Part shown: one piece after another, positions 43,101-53,299 of the stretch | Numbering within the stretch: the stretch's first letter is position 1 | Layout: each line of letters opens with the position of its first letter | Assembly: GCA_040756875.1 (NCBI GenBank) | Contig: JBFLYH010000001.1 | Location: 32,001-96,000 of the forward strand | Length of the DNA stretch: 64,000 bases | Direction of reading: 5' to 3' | DNA from: a candidate division FCPU426 bacterium | Lineage (GTDB): Bacteria; Oederibacteriota; JAAXVQ01; JAUVAV01 | Made by a program: the position numbers and the translations under genes | The notes under the pieces: model-generated | The model's database searches: none | What the model saw: only the letters and a program-made list of their open reading frames with translations | What the model was told of the DNA's origin: nothing

Positions 43101-46100
43101 ATGCAGGAAATCCTCCTTTCCCAGCTGCTGGACCGCATTTTTATCCAAAATCTGATCGACGCCTGCTACCGCACCACCGGCATGCCCCTACAGGTGTTGG
43201 ATGCCCGCGATGGTTCGGTTTTTGCCAGCGCCGGCATGCCGACTTCGGATCGCAACGGGTCCGGCCGCCATTTAATGGCCGCGGAATTGCGCCCGCAGGT
43301 TGCCGCACTGGAGTCAATCCGTTACGAATGCCGCCAGGGAATATGGGAAGCGGAACTGCCCCTGATGGTTCGGGACCGCCTGCTGGCCGTGGTTCATTCC
43401 GGCGGGTTTGTCATGAAAGATTCCGCCTTTCTCGACACCCCGGACGCATTCTCCGGCCCGCCGAACCAGCTTCCGCTGTTTGATTCCCAGACGGCGGACG
43501 CCGCGCTGGAATGCCACCGCACCGTGGCGAGGTTGCTCGTCCGGATGGCCGAAAACGACCGGCCGCCAACCGCGCCCGCCCAGACGAAAGCCGCCGAATC
43601 CGCCCGTCCAGACCAGGAATCGCTGCTTCACCTCCGCTACTTCGAAAACATGGACCACATCAACCGGATCATCCAGCAAACGAGCGATCCGGAACAAATG
43701 ATGCGCGACCTGCTCGATGCCGTACTGGCGATTTTCAACTGCGACCGGGCGTTTCTCGTTTATCCTTGCGAACCGACCGCCACCACCTGGACTTCGCCGA
43801 TGGAACGCACGCGGCCTGAGTATCCCGGCGTGCTGCAGCTGGGACTTGAAGTTCCGATGGATCCGGAAGTATTGCGCGTTTACCGGACCGTGAGAGCGAC
43901 ACCCGACCCGGTGACATTCGGCCCCGGGTCCGAACTCCCCTTGCCGCAGGGCACCACCGAACAATTCCATATTCTATCCATGATGAGCATGGCCGTTTAC
44001 CCCAAGAACGATCAGCCGTACATGTTCGGGATACACCAGTGCTCTTATGCTCGGGTGTGGAACGAAGAGGAAAAACGCCTCATGCGGGGGATCGGCGAGC
44101 GGTTGGGCGATTCATTGACCAGCATGCAAGCGTATCGCCATTTGCAGGAAAGCGAGCAACGCTACCGGGAAATATTCGAGAACATCACCAACGCCGTCGT
44201 GCTTTATGAAGCCTCCCCGGAGGGCCGGTTTAAAATACTGGATGTCAATCCCACCGGTGAGCGCATTCTGGGATTGCGCCGGACCGTCTTAGTCGGGAAG
44301 TACCTGGACGAAATGGAGGGCGAGGTCTTCCGATCCCAGTTTGAGAAAAACCGCCTCTGTCTAAAAGGCAAAGCGCCGATCAGCTACGACCGCCAAATCG
44401 ATACGGCCACGGGCCAGTGGCATATTTATACGACGCTGTTGCCCATGGCCGATGCGGCGGGCGTGATCCGGCGGATCATGGAAATCAACCGCGACATTAC
44501 CGAACAAACGCGCGCCGAAAAATCCCTGCGCCGCCTGAACCGGGAACTCCATGCCATCAGCAATTGCATCCAGGTCCTCATGCGGGCCGAAGACGAGGAC
44601 ATCCTGCTCAATGATATCTGCCGCATTATTTGCGAGGAAGCGGGATACCGCCTGGCCTGGGTGGGATATGCCGAGCCTGACGCCGGCAAAACCATCCGTC
44701 CCAAAGCCTGGGCCGGGTTTGAAGACGGTTATCTGGCTACGGTCCGCCCCAATTGGTCCGAGGACAGCGAACGCGGACGCGGCCCTTCGGGAATTGCGGT
44801 GCGCTCCGGCGAAAAGTGCTTCATCCAGGACATAACCACCGATGCGCGGATGGCCCCCTGGAAAGAAAACGCCGTGAAACGCGGTTACCATTCCATCATT
44901 GCCTTGCCGTTGAAAGACGAAACCAACGCCCCTTTCGGCGTGCTGGTGATTTACTCCGGTGAAACCGACGCTTTCACGGGGGACGAGGTCCGGCTGCTGG
45001 AGGAGCTGGCCGCTGACCTGGCTTTCGGCATCTGCAGCTTGCGCGCCCGCGAACGGCTCAAGCACGCGGAACGCGAGCAACTGGCGCATCTTCGGTACTT
45101 TGAATGCATGGATCAAATCAATCATGCCATCCGCCAAGCCAGCGACGTTGAAAAAATGGTGGGCGAGGTCCTCGATATGCTGTTGGCGAATTTTGATTGC
45201 GACCGGGCTTTTTTAATCTATCCCTGCGATCCGGAGGCTGATTCCTGGAGCGTGCCCATCGAACGCACCCGCCCCGAGTACCCGGGAGCCAACGCCTTGC
45301 AGGCCGTGGTGCCCATGACCGCGGAAACGCAAACCCTGTTGAGGATCGTGCGTTCGGAGGACGGGCCCGTGGCTTTCGGCCAGGACTCGCTGCATCCTTT
45401 GCCGCCGATAACTTCCAAACGGTTCAATATCCAGTCCCTGGTCGCCATGGCCGTGTACCCCAAGCAGGACAAACCTTATATGTTCGGCCTGCACCAGTGT
45501 TCTTATCCCCGTGTGTGGTCCGAAGAGGAGAAGTGGCTCCTGCGCGGGATCGGAGAGCGTTTGGGCGACGCGTTGACCAGTTTGCAGGCCCACCACCAAC
45601 TGCAGGAGAGCGAACGCCGCTACCGGGAAATATTCGAAAACACCACCAATGCAGTCATGCTCTACGAAGTCACTCCGGAAGGGCGCTTGCGTGTCTTGGA
45701 TATCAATCCTGCTTTTCAGCAAATAACGGGATACAAAAGCGAAGACTTGGATGGAAGATATATGGACGAATTCGGCTGCGACACACATTACCGGGAGTTT
45801 CTGGAAAAAAACCGGGTGTGTCTGGAAAGCAAAACCCCTGTCAGTTATCAACACCAGCTGAAAACGCCGACCGGGGAATGGCATTTCCAGACCACCCTGG
45901 TCCCGGTCAGCAATGCTGCCGGTTCGATTTACCGCATCGTAAACATCAGCCGTAATATCACTGAACAAATCCTGGCTGAAGCGGCTCTGAGGGATTCGGA
46001 GCAGCGGCTGTCCGAAATTTTTAATTTCCTGCCGGACGCCACCTTCGCCATTGACCGCCAAGGCCGCGTCATCGCGTGGAACAAAGCCATCGAGGAGATG

Positions 46101-47513
46101 ACAGGCGTCAAGGCCGAGCAAATGCTCGGCAAAAGCAATCACGAGTATGCGCTGCCTTTTTACGGCGCTCGCCGACCGATCCTGATCGATCTGGTCCTGT
46201 TGCCGGATGAAATCGTCGAGAAGAACTACACGTTCGTTAAAAGGGAAGGCGGCGCGCTGGTGGCTGAGGCGGATGTGCCCATCAACGGCAAAGAAGCCCG
46301 TCACCTGTGGGGCAAAGCCGTGCCGCTCTATGACATCCACGGCCAGCTGACAGGCGCGGTGGAAGCCATCCGCGACATCACGGAAAAAAAACGGTGGGAA
46401 GAAGTCATCCTGAATTCAAAAATCTTTTTGGACAGCCTGGTGGAGCAAAGCCCGTATTCGATGTGGATCGCGGATGACCAGGGCACCATGCTGCGCATGA
46501 ATCCGGCCTGCCGCGAATTGCTGCAGATCAAAGACGATGAAACGGTGGGCAAGTACAACCTGCTGAGAGACAACATCGTCGAACAGCAGGGCTTGATGCC
46601 GCTCGTGCGGAGCGTCTTCGAACAGGGCGAAAGCATACGCTTTGAACTCACCTACGACAGCGCCCAACTCAAGCACATCTCGCTGGCAAAAACCGTGCAG
46701 GTGGTTCTGGAAGTCACGATATTCCCCATAAGAAACAGTTCGGGAAAAACCACCAACATCGTCGTCCAGCATATCGATATCAGTGCACGCAAACGAGCCG
46801 AAGCGGAAAGGGAAGCGCTCATCAAGGACCTGGAAACCAAGAACGCCGAACTGGAGCGGTTTACCTACACCGTTTCCCACGATCTGAAGAATCCCTTGAT
46901 CTCAATCAAGGGGTTTTCCTCGCTGCTGGAAAAATTGGCCAAGGACACCCGCCGCGCTGAGATCGAGGATTACGCGGGGCGCATTTCCCGGGCCGCGGAT
47001 CAGATGCGCAAACTACTCAACGATTTGCTGGAATTGTCCCGCGCCGGGCATGCCATGAATGTTTTGGAGGAGTTTTCCCTGGATGAGATGGCGAAGAGCC
47101 TGGTGGAAGCCTTGCATAACCGTTTTCAGGATCAGAATGTGGAAGTGGTTTTTGCCACGCCACTGCCGGTCGTCAAAGGGGATCCGCTCCGGCTGCGCGA
47201 GGTGCTGGAAAACCTGCTCGATAATGCCCTGGCTTATATGGGCGATCAACCAAAACCGAAAATCGAGCTCGGAATGTGCTATAATGATGACCGGCAAGTG
47301 ATATACGTGCAAGACAACGGCATGGGTGTGGAACCTAAGTACCATCAAAAAATATTCGGGCTGTTCGAACGCCTGGATGCCGATAACCCTAAAGGCACGG
47401 GGGTGGGACTGGCGATCGTCAAGAGGATCGTGGAACTGCATGGGGGGCGGGTATGGGTTGAATCCGAAGGCGTCGGTCGCGGCAGCAGGTTTTGCTTCAC
47501 CCTGCCGCATTAG
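43101..47513 (+). CDS. Large cytoplasmic sensor histidine kinase (PocR-like, GAF and PAS domains)
   Basis: N-terminal YECRQGIWE..LPL (PocR-like); repeated GAF and PAS modules; H-box FTYTVSHDLKNPL; NLLDNA, DNGMG, IFGLFERL, GTGVGL. Confidence 0.92.
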   Translation: MQEILLSQLLDRIFIQNLIDACYRTTGMPLQVLDARDGSVFASAGMPTSDRNGSGRHLMAAELRPQVAALESIRYECRQGIWEAELPLMVRDRLLAVVHSGGFVMKDSAFLDTPDAFSGPPNQLPLFDSQTADAALECHRTVARLLVRMAENDRPPTAPAQTKAAESARPDQESLLHLRYFENMDHINRIIQQTSDPEQMMRDLLDAVLAIFNCDRAFLVYPCEPTATTWTSPMERTRPEYPGVLQLGLEVPMDPEVLRVYRTVRATPDPVTFGPGSELPLPQGTTEQFHILSMMSMAVYPKNDQPYMFGIHQCSYARVWNEEEKRLMRGIGERLGDSLTSMQAYRHLQESEQRYREIFENITNAVVLYEASPEGRFKILDVNPTGERILGLRRTVLVGKYLDEMEGEVFRSQFEKNRLCLKGKAPISYDRQIDTATGQWHIYTTLLPMADAAGVIRRIMEINRDITEQTRAEKSLRRLNRELHAISNCIQVLMRAEDEDILLNDICRIICEEAGYRLAWVGYAEPDAGKTIRPKAWAGFEDGYLATVRPNWSEDSERGRGPSGIAVRSGEKCFIQDITTDARMAPWKENAVKRGYHSIIALPLKDETNAPFGVLVIYSGETDAFTGDEVRLLEELAADLAFGICSLRARERLKHAEREQLAHLRYFECMDQINHAIRQASDVEKMVGEVLDMLLANFDCDRAFLIYPCDPEADSWSVPIERTRPEYPGANALQAVVPMTAETQTLLRIVRSEDGPVAFGQDSLHPLPPITSKRFNIQSLVAMAVYPKQDKPYMFGLHQCSYPRVWSEEEKWLLRGIGERLGDALTSLQAHHQLQESERRYREIFENTTNAVMLYEVTPEGRLRVLDINPAFQQITGYKSEDLDGRYMDEFGCDTHYREFLEKNRVCLESKTPVSYQHQLKTPTGEWHFQTTLVPVSNAAGSIYRIVNISRNITEQILAEAALRDSEQRLSEIFNFLPDATFAIDRQGRVIAWNKAIEEMTGVKAEQMLGKSNHEYALPFYGARRPILIDLVLLPDEIVEKNYTFVKREGGALVAEADVPINGKEARHLWGKAVPLYDIHGQLTGAVEAIRDITEKKRWEEVILNSKIFLDSLVEQSPYSMWIADDQGTMLRMNPACRELLQIKDDETVGKYNLLRDNIVEQQGLMPLVRSVFEQGESIRFELTYDSAQLKHISLAKTVQVVLEVTIFPIRNSSGKTTNIVVQHIDISARKRAEAEREALIKDLETKNAELERFTYTVSHDLKNPLISIKGFSSLLEKLAKDTRRAEIEDYAGRISRAADQMRKLLNDLLELSRAGHAMNVLEEFSLDEMAKSLVEALHNRFQDQNVEVVFATPLPVVKGDPLRLREVLENLLDNALAYMGDQPKPKIELGMCYNDDRQVIYVQDNGMGVEPKYHQKIFGLFERLDADNPKGTGVGLAIVKRIVELHGGRVWVESEGVGRGSRFCFTLPH

Positions 47514-47536
47514 ACTGCCGTAAGGAGGGTGCGATC

Positions 47537-47983
47537 ATGGTAGATAGAGAACCTGTTTTGATCCTTCATGTCGAGGACAATCCCGATCACGCCAAGCTGG
47601 TTCAAATCTGCTTTTTAGACCATCCGGTACCCAACACCATCAAGCATGTCAGCGACGGCGAGGCGGCCCTGGATTACCTGTTCCGGCGGGGGCCCTTTGC
47701 CAACCCGGAGGCCAGCCCTATCCCAAAGGTCATTCTCCTGGATTTGCGACTGCCGAGAATGGACGGTCTGGAAGTTCTTAAAATAGTCAAGGAAAACGAA
47801 CGGCTGCGTGGCATCCCCGTGGTCGTGCTCACCACCTCGGAATCCGATTCGGACATCCGCCAGGCGTATCAACTTCATACCAACAGTTATCTGGTTAAAC
47901 CGGTGGATTACGAATCGTTCTCGAAAATGATGAACGACATGGGCAGTTATTGGTTCGAACGCAACCGGGCGCCGCGTTTATAA
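47537..47983 (+). CDS. Single-domain response regulator (Rcp1-like)
   Basis: ILHVEDNPD, LLDLRLPRMDG, VVVLTTS, NSYLVKPV; AAGGAGG RBS. Confidence 0.93.
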   Translation: MVDREPVLILHVEDNPDHAKLVQICFLDHPVPNTIKHVSDGEAALDYLFRRGPFANPEASPIPKVILLDLRLPRMDGLEVLKIVKENERLRGIPVVVLTTSESDSDIRQAYQLHTNSYLVKPVDYESFSKMMNDMGSYWFERNRAPRL

Positions 47984-48075
47984 TTCTCCTCGGGGTTTCT
48001 TCGGGCCGGACGCCGCTTTCGGCAATAAATCCTGCCAACACGGGAAACGGGCTTGCATTCCAGCGGAGGGGATGA

Positions 48076-48089
48076 TACACTTTGGTGTA
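48076..48089. promoter_or_regulatory. Putative TetR operator
   Basis: Palindrome TACAC-TTTG-GTGTA upstream of the TetR gene. Confidence 0.45.
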
Positions 48090-48122
48090 AACTGACGGTA
48101 TACTTAATTACAGGTGCATGCA

Positions 48123-48767
48123 ATGGGAACCCGCGAACGCAAACAACTGGAGAAAAGGCTCCGTCAAGAAGACATTCTGCGCGCCGCGGAGAAACTGTTT
48201 TTTGACCGTGGCATCAAACTCACGACCATGGACGATGTGGCCAAGGCCGCGGAATACAGCAAACGCACGGTTTATTGCTATTTTAAAAGCAAGGAACAGA
48301 TGGTTCACGCCCTCGTTTTGCGCGCCCTTAAGATCCTCAATGAGCGGATACGAGCGGTCATGACGGTTCCGCCCGCCACAGCCCTCGACACCATCCTGGA
48401 GCTGTGCAAAGCCTTTGTGGATTACGCGTCGTGCTATCCGGATTATTTCAGAATGCTGTCTTTTTACGAACAATGGGAACTGGACCCCAAGGAGCGGGAT
48501 GAATATAAGGAGGCCTGCCTGGTGGAAGGCCGGCGGATATTCGAACTGATGGTAGACGTTTTGCGCCGGGGGCAGCGGGACGGGAGTATCCGCCGGCAGG
48601 CGGACACTGCCGGCACGGCTTTGGTGCTTTATGCCCATGTCATGGGAGTGGCCAACCTGCTGATCAACCGCAAAAAGTATTCCGCGGCCGTACAGCCTAG
48701 AACCGCCCGCGAAGTCACTTCCACCATGACTGATTTCGTGGTGAGGGCTTTGCGTGGAAAAGCCTAG
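48123..48767 (+). CDS. TetR/AcrR-family regulator
   Basis: ILRAAEKLF...TTMDDVAKAAEYSKRTVYCYFKSKE HTH. Confidence 0.93.
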   Translation: MGTRERKQLEKRLRQEDILRAAEKLFFDRGIKLTTMDDVAKAAEYSKRTVYCYFKSKEQMVHALVLRALKILNERIRAVMTVPPATALDTILELCKAFVDYASCYPDYFRMLSFYEQWELDPKERDEYKEACLVEGRRIFELMVDVLRRGQRDGSIRRQADTAGTALVLYAHVMGVANLLINRKKYSAAVQPRTAREVTSTMTDFVVRALRGKA

Positions 48768-48780
48768 AAGGGAGCGGGTC

Positions 48781-51084
48781 ATGCTGGAACGTTTTTCGAG
48801 GTTCGTCATCCGTCACGCCAAACTCATGGTGGCCCTGTCCCTGCTTGCCACGCTGGGCTTCGGTTATCAGCTGCGCTACCTGAAAATCAATTCGGATGTC
48901 CTGACATCCCTGCCCCAGGACGATCCCGTGATCAAGACCTTCAACCAGGTGGGGGAAACCTACGGCGGCAACGCCCTGGCCATCGTGGCCGTGGAAGCGG
49001 ACGACATCTTCACGCCAGGCACCCTGGCCTCGATCCGCGACCTCACCAACCGCTTCCGGGCCATCCCCGGCGTGATTTCAGTCGCCAGCCTGACGCATGT
49101 GATCGACATTCACGACACGGACGGACAGATCGAAATCTCCCAACTCATTGATGAAAACGATTTCCCCCGGACGCCCGCGGCCTGCCAGGCCTTGAAAACC
49201 CGCGCCTTGTCCAAAACCCTGCTGCGCGGCCGGCTGGTTTCGGAGGACGGGCGCCTGACCCTGATCGTCTGCCGCCTGCTTAAAGACAAGGAAAAGGTCA
49301 GCAGCCGGATCAGGGCCGAAGCGCTCCGGGCCCGGGTCCCGGAAAAGCTTTATTTCACAGGCATGCCTTTCCAGTCCAACGAGATCTACCGGTTCATTGT
49401 CAGCGATTTGATGGTGCTGATCCCCATCATCGCGGTCGTTATGAGCCTGGCGCTCTTCCTGAGTTTCCGCACTCTGCACGGGATCTGGCTGCCCCTGCTG
49501 GCGGTGGGCATTTCCACGCTCTGGACCCTGGGGATGATGAGCCTGTTGCGCGTTCCGCTCTCCATTTTTTCGAACATTATTCCCGTGGTGCTCATGGCCG
49601 TGGGCAGCGCCTACAGCATTCACGTGATCAGCCATTACCACGAATCCGGCGCCAGCCTGGATCCGGAGGAACGGGCGGTCGGCAACCTGAAGGATGTCGG
49701 GGTGCCGGTGATCCTGGCCGCCGTGACCACAATGATCGGTTTCGCCTCCTTCATCTTTGGTTCCTATCTGACCATGATCAAAGAGTTCGGCGCGTTCGTG
49801 GCCCTAGGCATCGGCTTCGCCCTGTTCAACTCCCTGACCCTGGTTCCGGCCCTGCTGTATTTGATCCACCCCCAGGCCCGCCGGCCCCATCCCTCCGCGG
49901 ACGGGCGGCTGCCGGGGCCAGGGCGCCTGAGCCGCTTCTGGGCGGGTTTGGTCGTCAGGCACCGCGCCGGCCTGCTGGCCGCGTTCGGGCTGATCGCCGT
50001 CGTCTGCAGCCTGTTCATTCCGCGCATCGACCGCCGGGTGGATTTCCTGGATTACTTCAAACCCGGTTCCGAAATCCGGAAAGCGGAGAACATCATCGGG
50101 CGGTATTTCGGGGGCTCGGTGCCCACCCAGGTCATCGTGCGGGGGGACATCCAGGATCCGGACGTGCTGGCCGCCATGGCGAAGATGCAGGAGGAATTGA
50201 AACGCCAACCCGAACTGCGCAATCCGCAGTCCATCGTGGACTACCTGGTCGAGATGAACGCGGTCATGGGCGAAGGCCGCCGGCTGCCGGACACCCGCGA
50301 AAAGGTCGCCAATCTGTGGTTCCTGCTCGAGGGCGAGGAGGTCATGTCCCAACTGGTCAATCCCGACGCCTCGGAAGCCATCATTCAGGCCGTGCAAAAA
50401 AGCGCCTTCAGCCGGCAGAACAGCCAGATGGTGGAGCAGATTCAGGCCGCCTGCCGGGCGCTGGGGAGCGATAAAGTCTCGTTTGAATTGACCAGCCAGC
50501 CGGTAATTTTCAAAAAATTGGACGACAGCCTGATGCGCAGCCAACGGTCCAGCATGAGCCTGGCTTTGGGATTCATCGTACTGTGCCTGGTGCTGATGCT
50601 GCGTTCCCTGAAAAACGGCCTGCTCAGTGCCCTGCCCATCGCTTTTTCGCTGCTGGTGATGTTCGGGTTCATGGGTGCGGTCCGCATCCCCCTGGACGTG
50701 GCCACGGTGCTTCTGGCGAGCATTACCATCGGCATCGGCGTGGATTATTCGATCCATTTCGCCAACCGGCTGCAGCGGGAACAGGGGCTGGGTTATACCC
50801 CGGACCCGGAGCAGCTGCTGGCCCGCGCCCTCAGCGGTACGGGCAAGGCGATCTGGATCAACGTGGTCACCGTGGCCGCGGGTTTTCTGGTCCTGGTGTT
50901 TTCCAATTTGGTCCCGATCCAGCGGTTCGGCATCCTGGTGGCCCTGACCATGCTCAGTTCCGGACTGGGCGCGATCGCCATCATACCGGTCCTGCTGCTG
51001 CCCGGCCAAAAGCGCCCGCTGGCGCCGCAACCGGCGCAGGCCCCAAAGACCGCCGCTCCGGCGGAAATCAAAGGAGGGAAGTGA
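48781..51084 (+). CDS. MMPL/RND-superfamily transporter
   Basis: Two repeated halves with TM bundles; VGSAYSIH and IGIGVDYSIHF motifs. Confidence 0.92.
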   Translation: MLERFSRFVIRHAKLMVALSLLATLGFGYQLRYLKINSDVLTSLPQDDPVIKTFNQVGETYGGNALAIVAVEADDIFTPGTLASIRDLTNRFRAIPGVISVASLTHVIDIHDTDGQIEISQLIDENDFPRTPAACQALKTRALSKTLLRGRLVSEDGRLTLIVCRLLKDKEKVSSRIRAEALRARVPEKLYFTGMPFQSNEIYRFIVSDLMVLIPIIAVVMSLALFLSFRTLHGIWLPLLAVGISTLWTLGMMSLLRVPLSIFSNIIPVVLMAVGSAYSIHVISHYHESGASLDPEERAVGNLKDVGVPVILAAVTTMIGFASFIFGSYLTMIKEFGAFVALGIGFALFNSLTLVPALLYLIHPQARRPHPSADGRLPGPGRLSRFWAGLVVRHRAGLLAAFGLIAVVCSLFIPRIDRRVDFLDYFKPGSEIRKAENIIGRYFGGSVPTQVIVRGDIQDPDVLAAMAKMQEELKRQPELRNPQSIVDYLVEMNAVMGEGRRLPDTREKVANLWFLLEGEEVMSQLVNPDASEAIIQAVQKSAFSRQNSQMVEQIQAACRALGSDKVSFELTSQPVIFKKLDDSLMRSQRSSMSLALGFIVLCLVLMLRSLKNGLLSALPIAFSLLVMFGFMGAVRIPLDVATVLLASITIGIGVDYSIHFANRLQREQGLGYTPDPEQLLARALSGTGKAIWINVVTVAAGFLVLVFSNLVPIQRFGILVALTMLSSGLGAIAIIPVLLLPGQKRPLAPQPAQAPKTAAPAEIKGGK

Positions 51085-51085
51085 C

Positions 51086-51838
51086 ATGCATAGCGTTCGA
51101 TTGGGTTTGATAGGACTGGCCTGCCTGCTCCTGGCCGCGCCGCTGGCCCTGGCCGCGGAGGAAACCCTGACTGGCGGCCAGATCCTGTCCAAGGTGGATG
51201 ACGTGTTCATGGCGCCCAAGGACAAGACCGTCACCACGACCATGGTGCTCAGGGACAAACAGGGGAACGAAAAAACGCGCACCTTGCGGCTGGAAGAAAA
51301 AGGGCAGGACAAGCGTTTGACCAAGTTCCTGACCCCCAAGGATCAGAAGGGCATCGCTTTTCTCTCCCTGCCCGGCGAGCGCATGTACCTGTATTTGCCG
51401 GCCTTCAAGAAAACCCGGCGCATCGCCTCGCACGTCAAGAACCAGCGGTTCGCGGGCACGGATTTTTCCTACGAGGACATGGAGCCCAAGCGGTATTCGG
51501 AAAAATGGAACGCCCAACGGCTGCCGGACGAGGGTGACGCTTACGTGCTTGAGCTGGCGCTCAAGCCGGGGCAGACTTCGGAATACAGCCGGATCAAAAT
51601 GTGGGTCGGACAGGACAACTTTTACACCCGCCGCAGCGAGTATTACGACCAGTCCCAACAGCTGTACAAAGTCATGACCTTGAGCGACATCCGCCAGCAG
51701 GGCGGCTACTGGGAGGCCTTCGAAAAAACCATGCAGGACGTGCGCACCCAGCACGAATCGCGAATGAAGACCGACGAAATCAAATTCGACACCGGGATTC
51801 CGGACAGCCATTTTACCGAGCAATACCTGACTCAATAG
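51086..51838 (+). CDS. Outer-membrane lipoprotein-sorting (LolA-like) protein
   Basis: Signal peptide; F..PKD.KG.AFL...YLYLPA.KK.RRI...FAGTDFSYEDM. Confidence 0.88.
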   Translation: MHSVRLGLIGLACLLLAAPLALAAEETLTGGQILSKVDDVFMAPKDKTVTTTMVLRDKQGNEKTRTLRLEEKGQDKRLTKFLTPKDQKGIAFLSLPGERMYLYLPAFKKTRRIASHVKNQRFAGTDFSYEDMEPKRYSEKWNAQRLPDEGDAYVLELALKPGQTSEYSRIKMWVGQDNFYTRRSEYYDQSQQLYKVMTLSDIRQQGGYWEAFEKTMQDVRTQHESRMKTDEIKFDTGIPDSHFTEQYLTQ

Positions 51839-51845
51839 GAGGCGC

Positions 51846-53219
51846 ATGATGCGGTTGAATCGGTACGCCCTGGCCCTGTTTTGCCTGGCGTTGGGAATGG
51901 CTCAGGCTGCGCCCGGCCGGGCCCTGGACTGGAGCGGCTATCTGCAGGCCGAGAACCGGCTGGCCATGACCAGCCCCTATGCCTCGGCCTGGCATGAATA
52001 CCGCCTGGATCTGCGGGCTGAAGACAATTCCTCCGAACACACGAGGTTTTTCGGCGAACTGTGGGTCCGTTCCCTCGGGTACCCCACCGCCGGATCCGCC
52101 GCAGACCTTTCCGTGAGATCCGCGGTAGCCCCCCAGGACGTGGACTTGCGCGAGGCGTATCTGGACGTGCGCGGCCTGCTGACGGACGGATTGCGGTTGA
52201 AGCTCGGGCGCCAGCGGATCGCCTGGGGCCGGGGAGACAAGATCAATCCCACGGATAATATCAACCCGAACGACCTGGAGGACCTGTGGGATTACGGCCG
52301 TCATCTGGGTTCGGACGCGCTGGTTCTTTCCTATGCCATGGGCGAGACCACGCTCACCGCGGTTTGGGTGCCTTTTTTCACCCCGGCCGTGCTGCCCGCT
52401 GGCGCTTGGCGGCAGGCGCTCATGCCTGATCAGGCCCTGCCGGAAGCGCTGGCGCAAACACCGGTTACGGACCGGGTGCTGCTGCCTCCGGCTGATTTGT
52501 CTTCCGGGTCTTCGGCCGCGGTCAAGCTGAGCGGCAACCTGGCAGGCTACGATCTTTCCCTGAGTTATCTGTACGGCCGCGACGACCTGCCCCTGGTCAA
52601 GACCGTGCACATTGCCTCCGGCCTGACCGGCTTCACGGGCGTAACCGCGGATTTGGTCTATCCGCGGCGGCACATCATCGGCCTGGACGCGGCCGGCGCC
52701 ATCGGAGACGTGGGCTGCTGGGCCGAGGCGGCGGTCATTTTTCCGGAAGCCGTGATGCTGGCTTTTGATCCGGACCCGGCCACCCGCATGCTGATGGCTG
52801 CCTATTCGTTTTCTTTTCCCGAACAAGCCGCGCTTGAAGCCAAACCGTATGTCCGCTACTTGCTGGGCGCGGACTACACTTTCCCGGGCGGGGTTTACGT
52901 CAATGTCCAGTACCTGCACGGTTTTGTCCACGAGCGGAGCGGGGGGGCGCTGGGCAACTTTGTTTTCATGAACCTGGACTGGGACGCGGTTCCGGACGTG
53001 CTTAAGCTCACGCCCGTGGGCGGAGGCCTGGAGATCCGGGACGTGGAGAGGTTTTGGGACCACTACAGCTTCGTCGCCATGCCGCAGGCGGAGTACAAAC
53101 CCTTCGACAATGTGAGCCTGCTCCTGGGCGCACGCTGGATCTGGGGCGCACCGGGGACCATCTTCGGCCAGGCCGCGGACCTGGATGAAGTGTTTTTAAA
53201 GGCCAAATACAGTTTCTGA
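51846..53219 (+). CDS. Putative outer-membrane beta-barrel (DUF1302-like)
   Basis: Signal peptide; LREAYLD...LGRQRIAWG..D.INPTD.INP; C-terminal KAKYSF. Confidence 0.75.
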   Translation: MMRLNRYALALFCLALGMAQAAPGRALDWSGYLQAENRLAMTSPYASAWHEYRLDLRAEDNSSEHTRFFGELWVRSLGYPTAGSAADLSVRSAVAPQDVDLREAYLDVRGLLTDGLRLKLGRQRIAWGRGDKINPTDNINPNDLEDLWDYGRHLGSDALVLSYAMGETTLTAVWVPFFTPAVLPAGAWRQALMPDQALPEALAQTPVTDRVLLPPADLSSGSSAAVKLSGNLAGYDLSLSYLYGRDDLPLVKTVHIASGLTGFTGVTADLVYPRRHIIGLDAAGAIGDVGCWAEAAVIFPEAVMLAFDPDPATRMLMAAYSFSFPEQAALEAKPYVRYLLGADYTFPGGVYVNVQYLHGFVHERSGGALGNFVFMNLDWDAVPDVLKLTPVGGGLEIRDVERFWDHYSFVAMPQAEYKPFDNVSLLLGARWIWGAPGTIFGQAADLDEVFLKAKYSF

Positions 53220-53299
53220 GCACTCCGGTTCTTTTCGCGCACCGAACCATCCTGTCCGGCGTTATAATATCCCGACGTATTTCCCGCCCGTGGGGCGGC

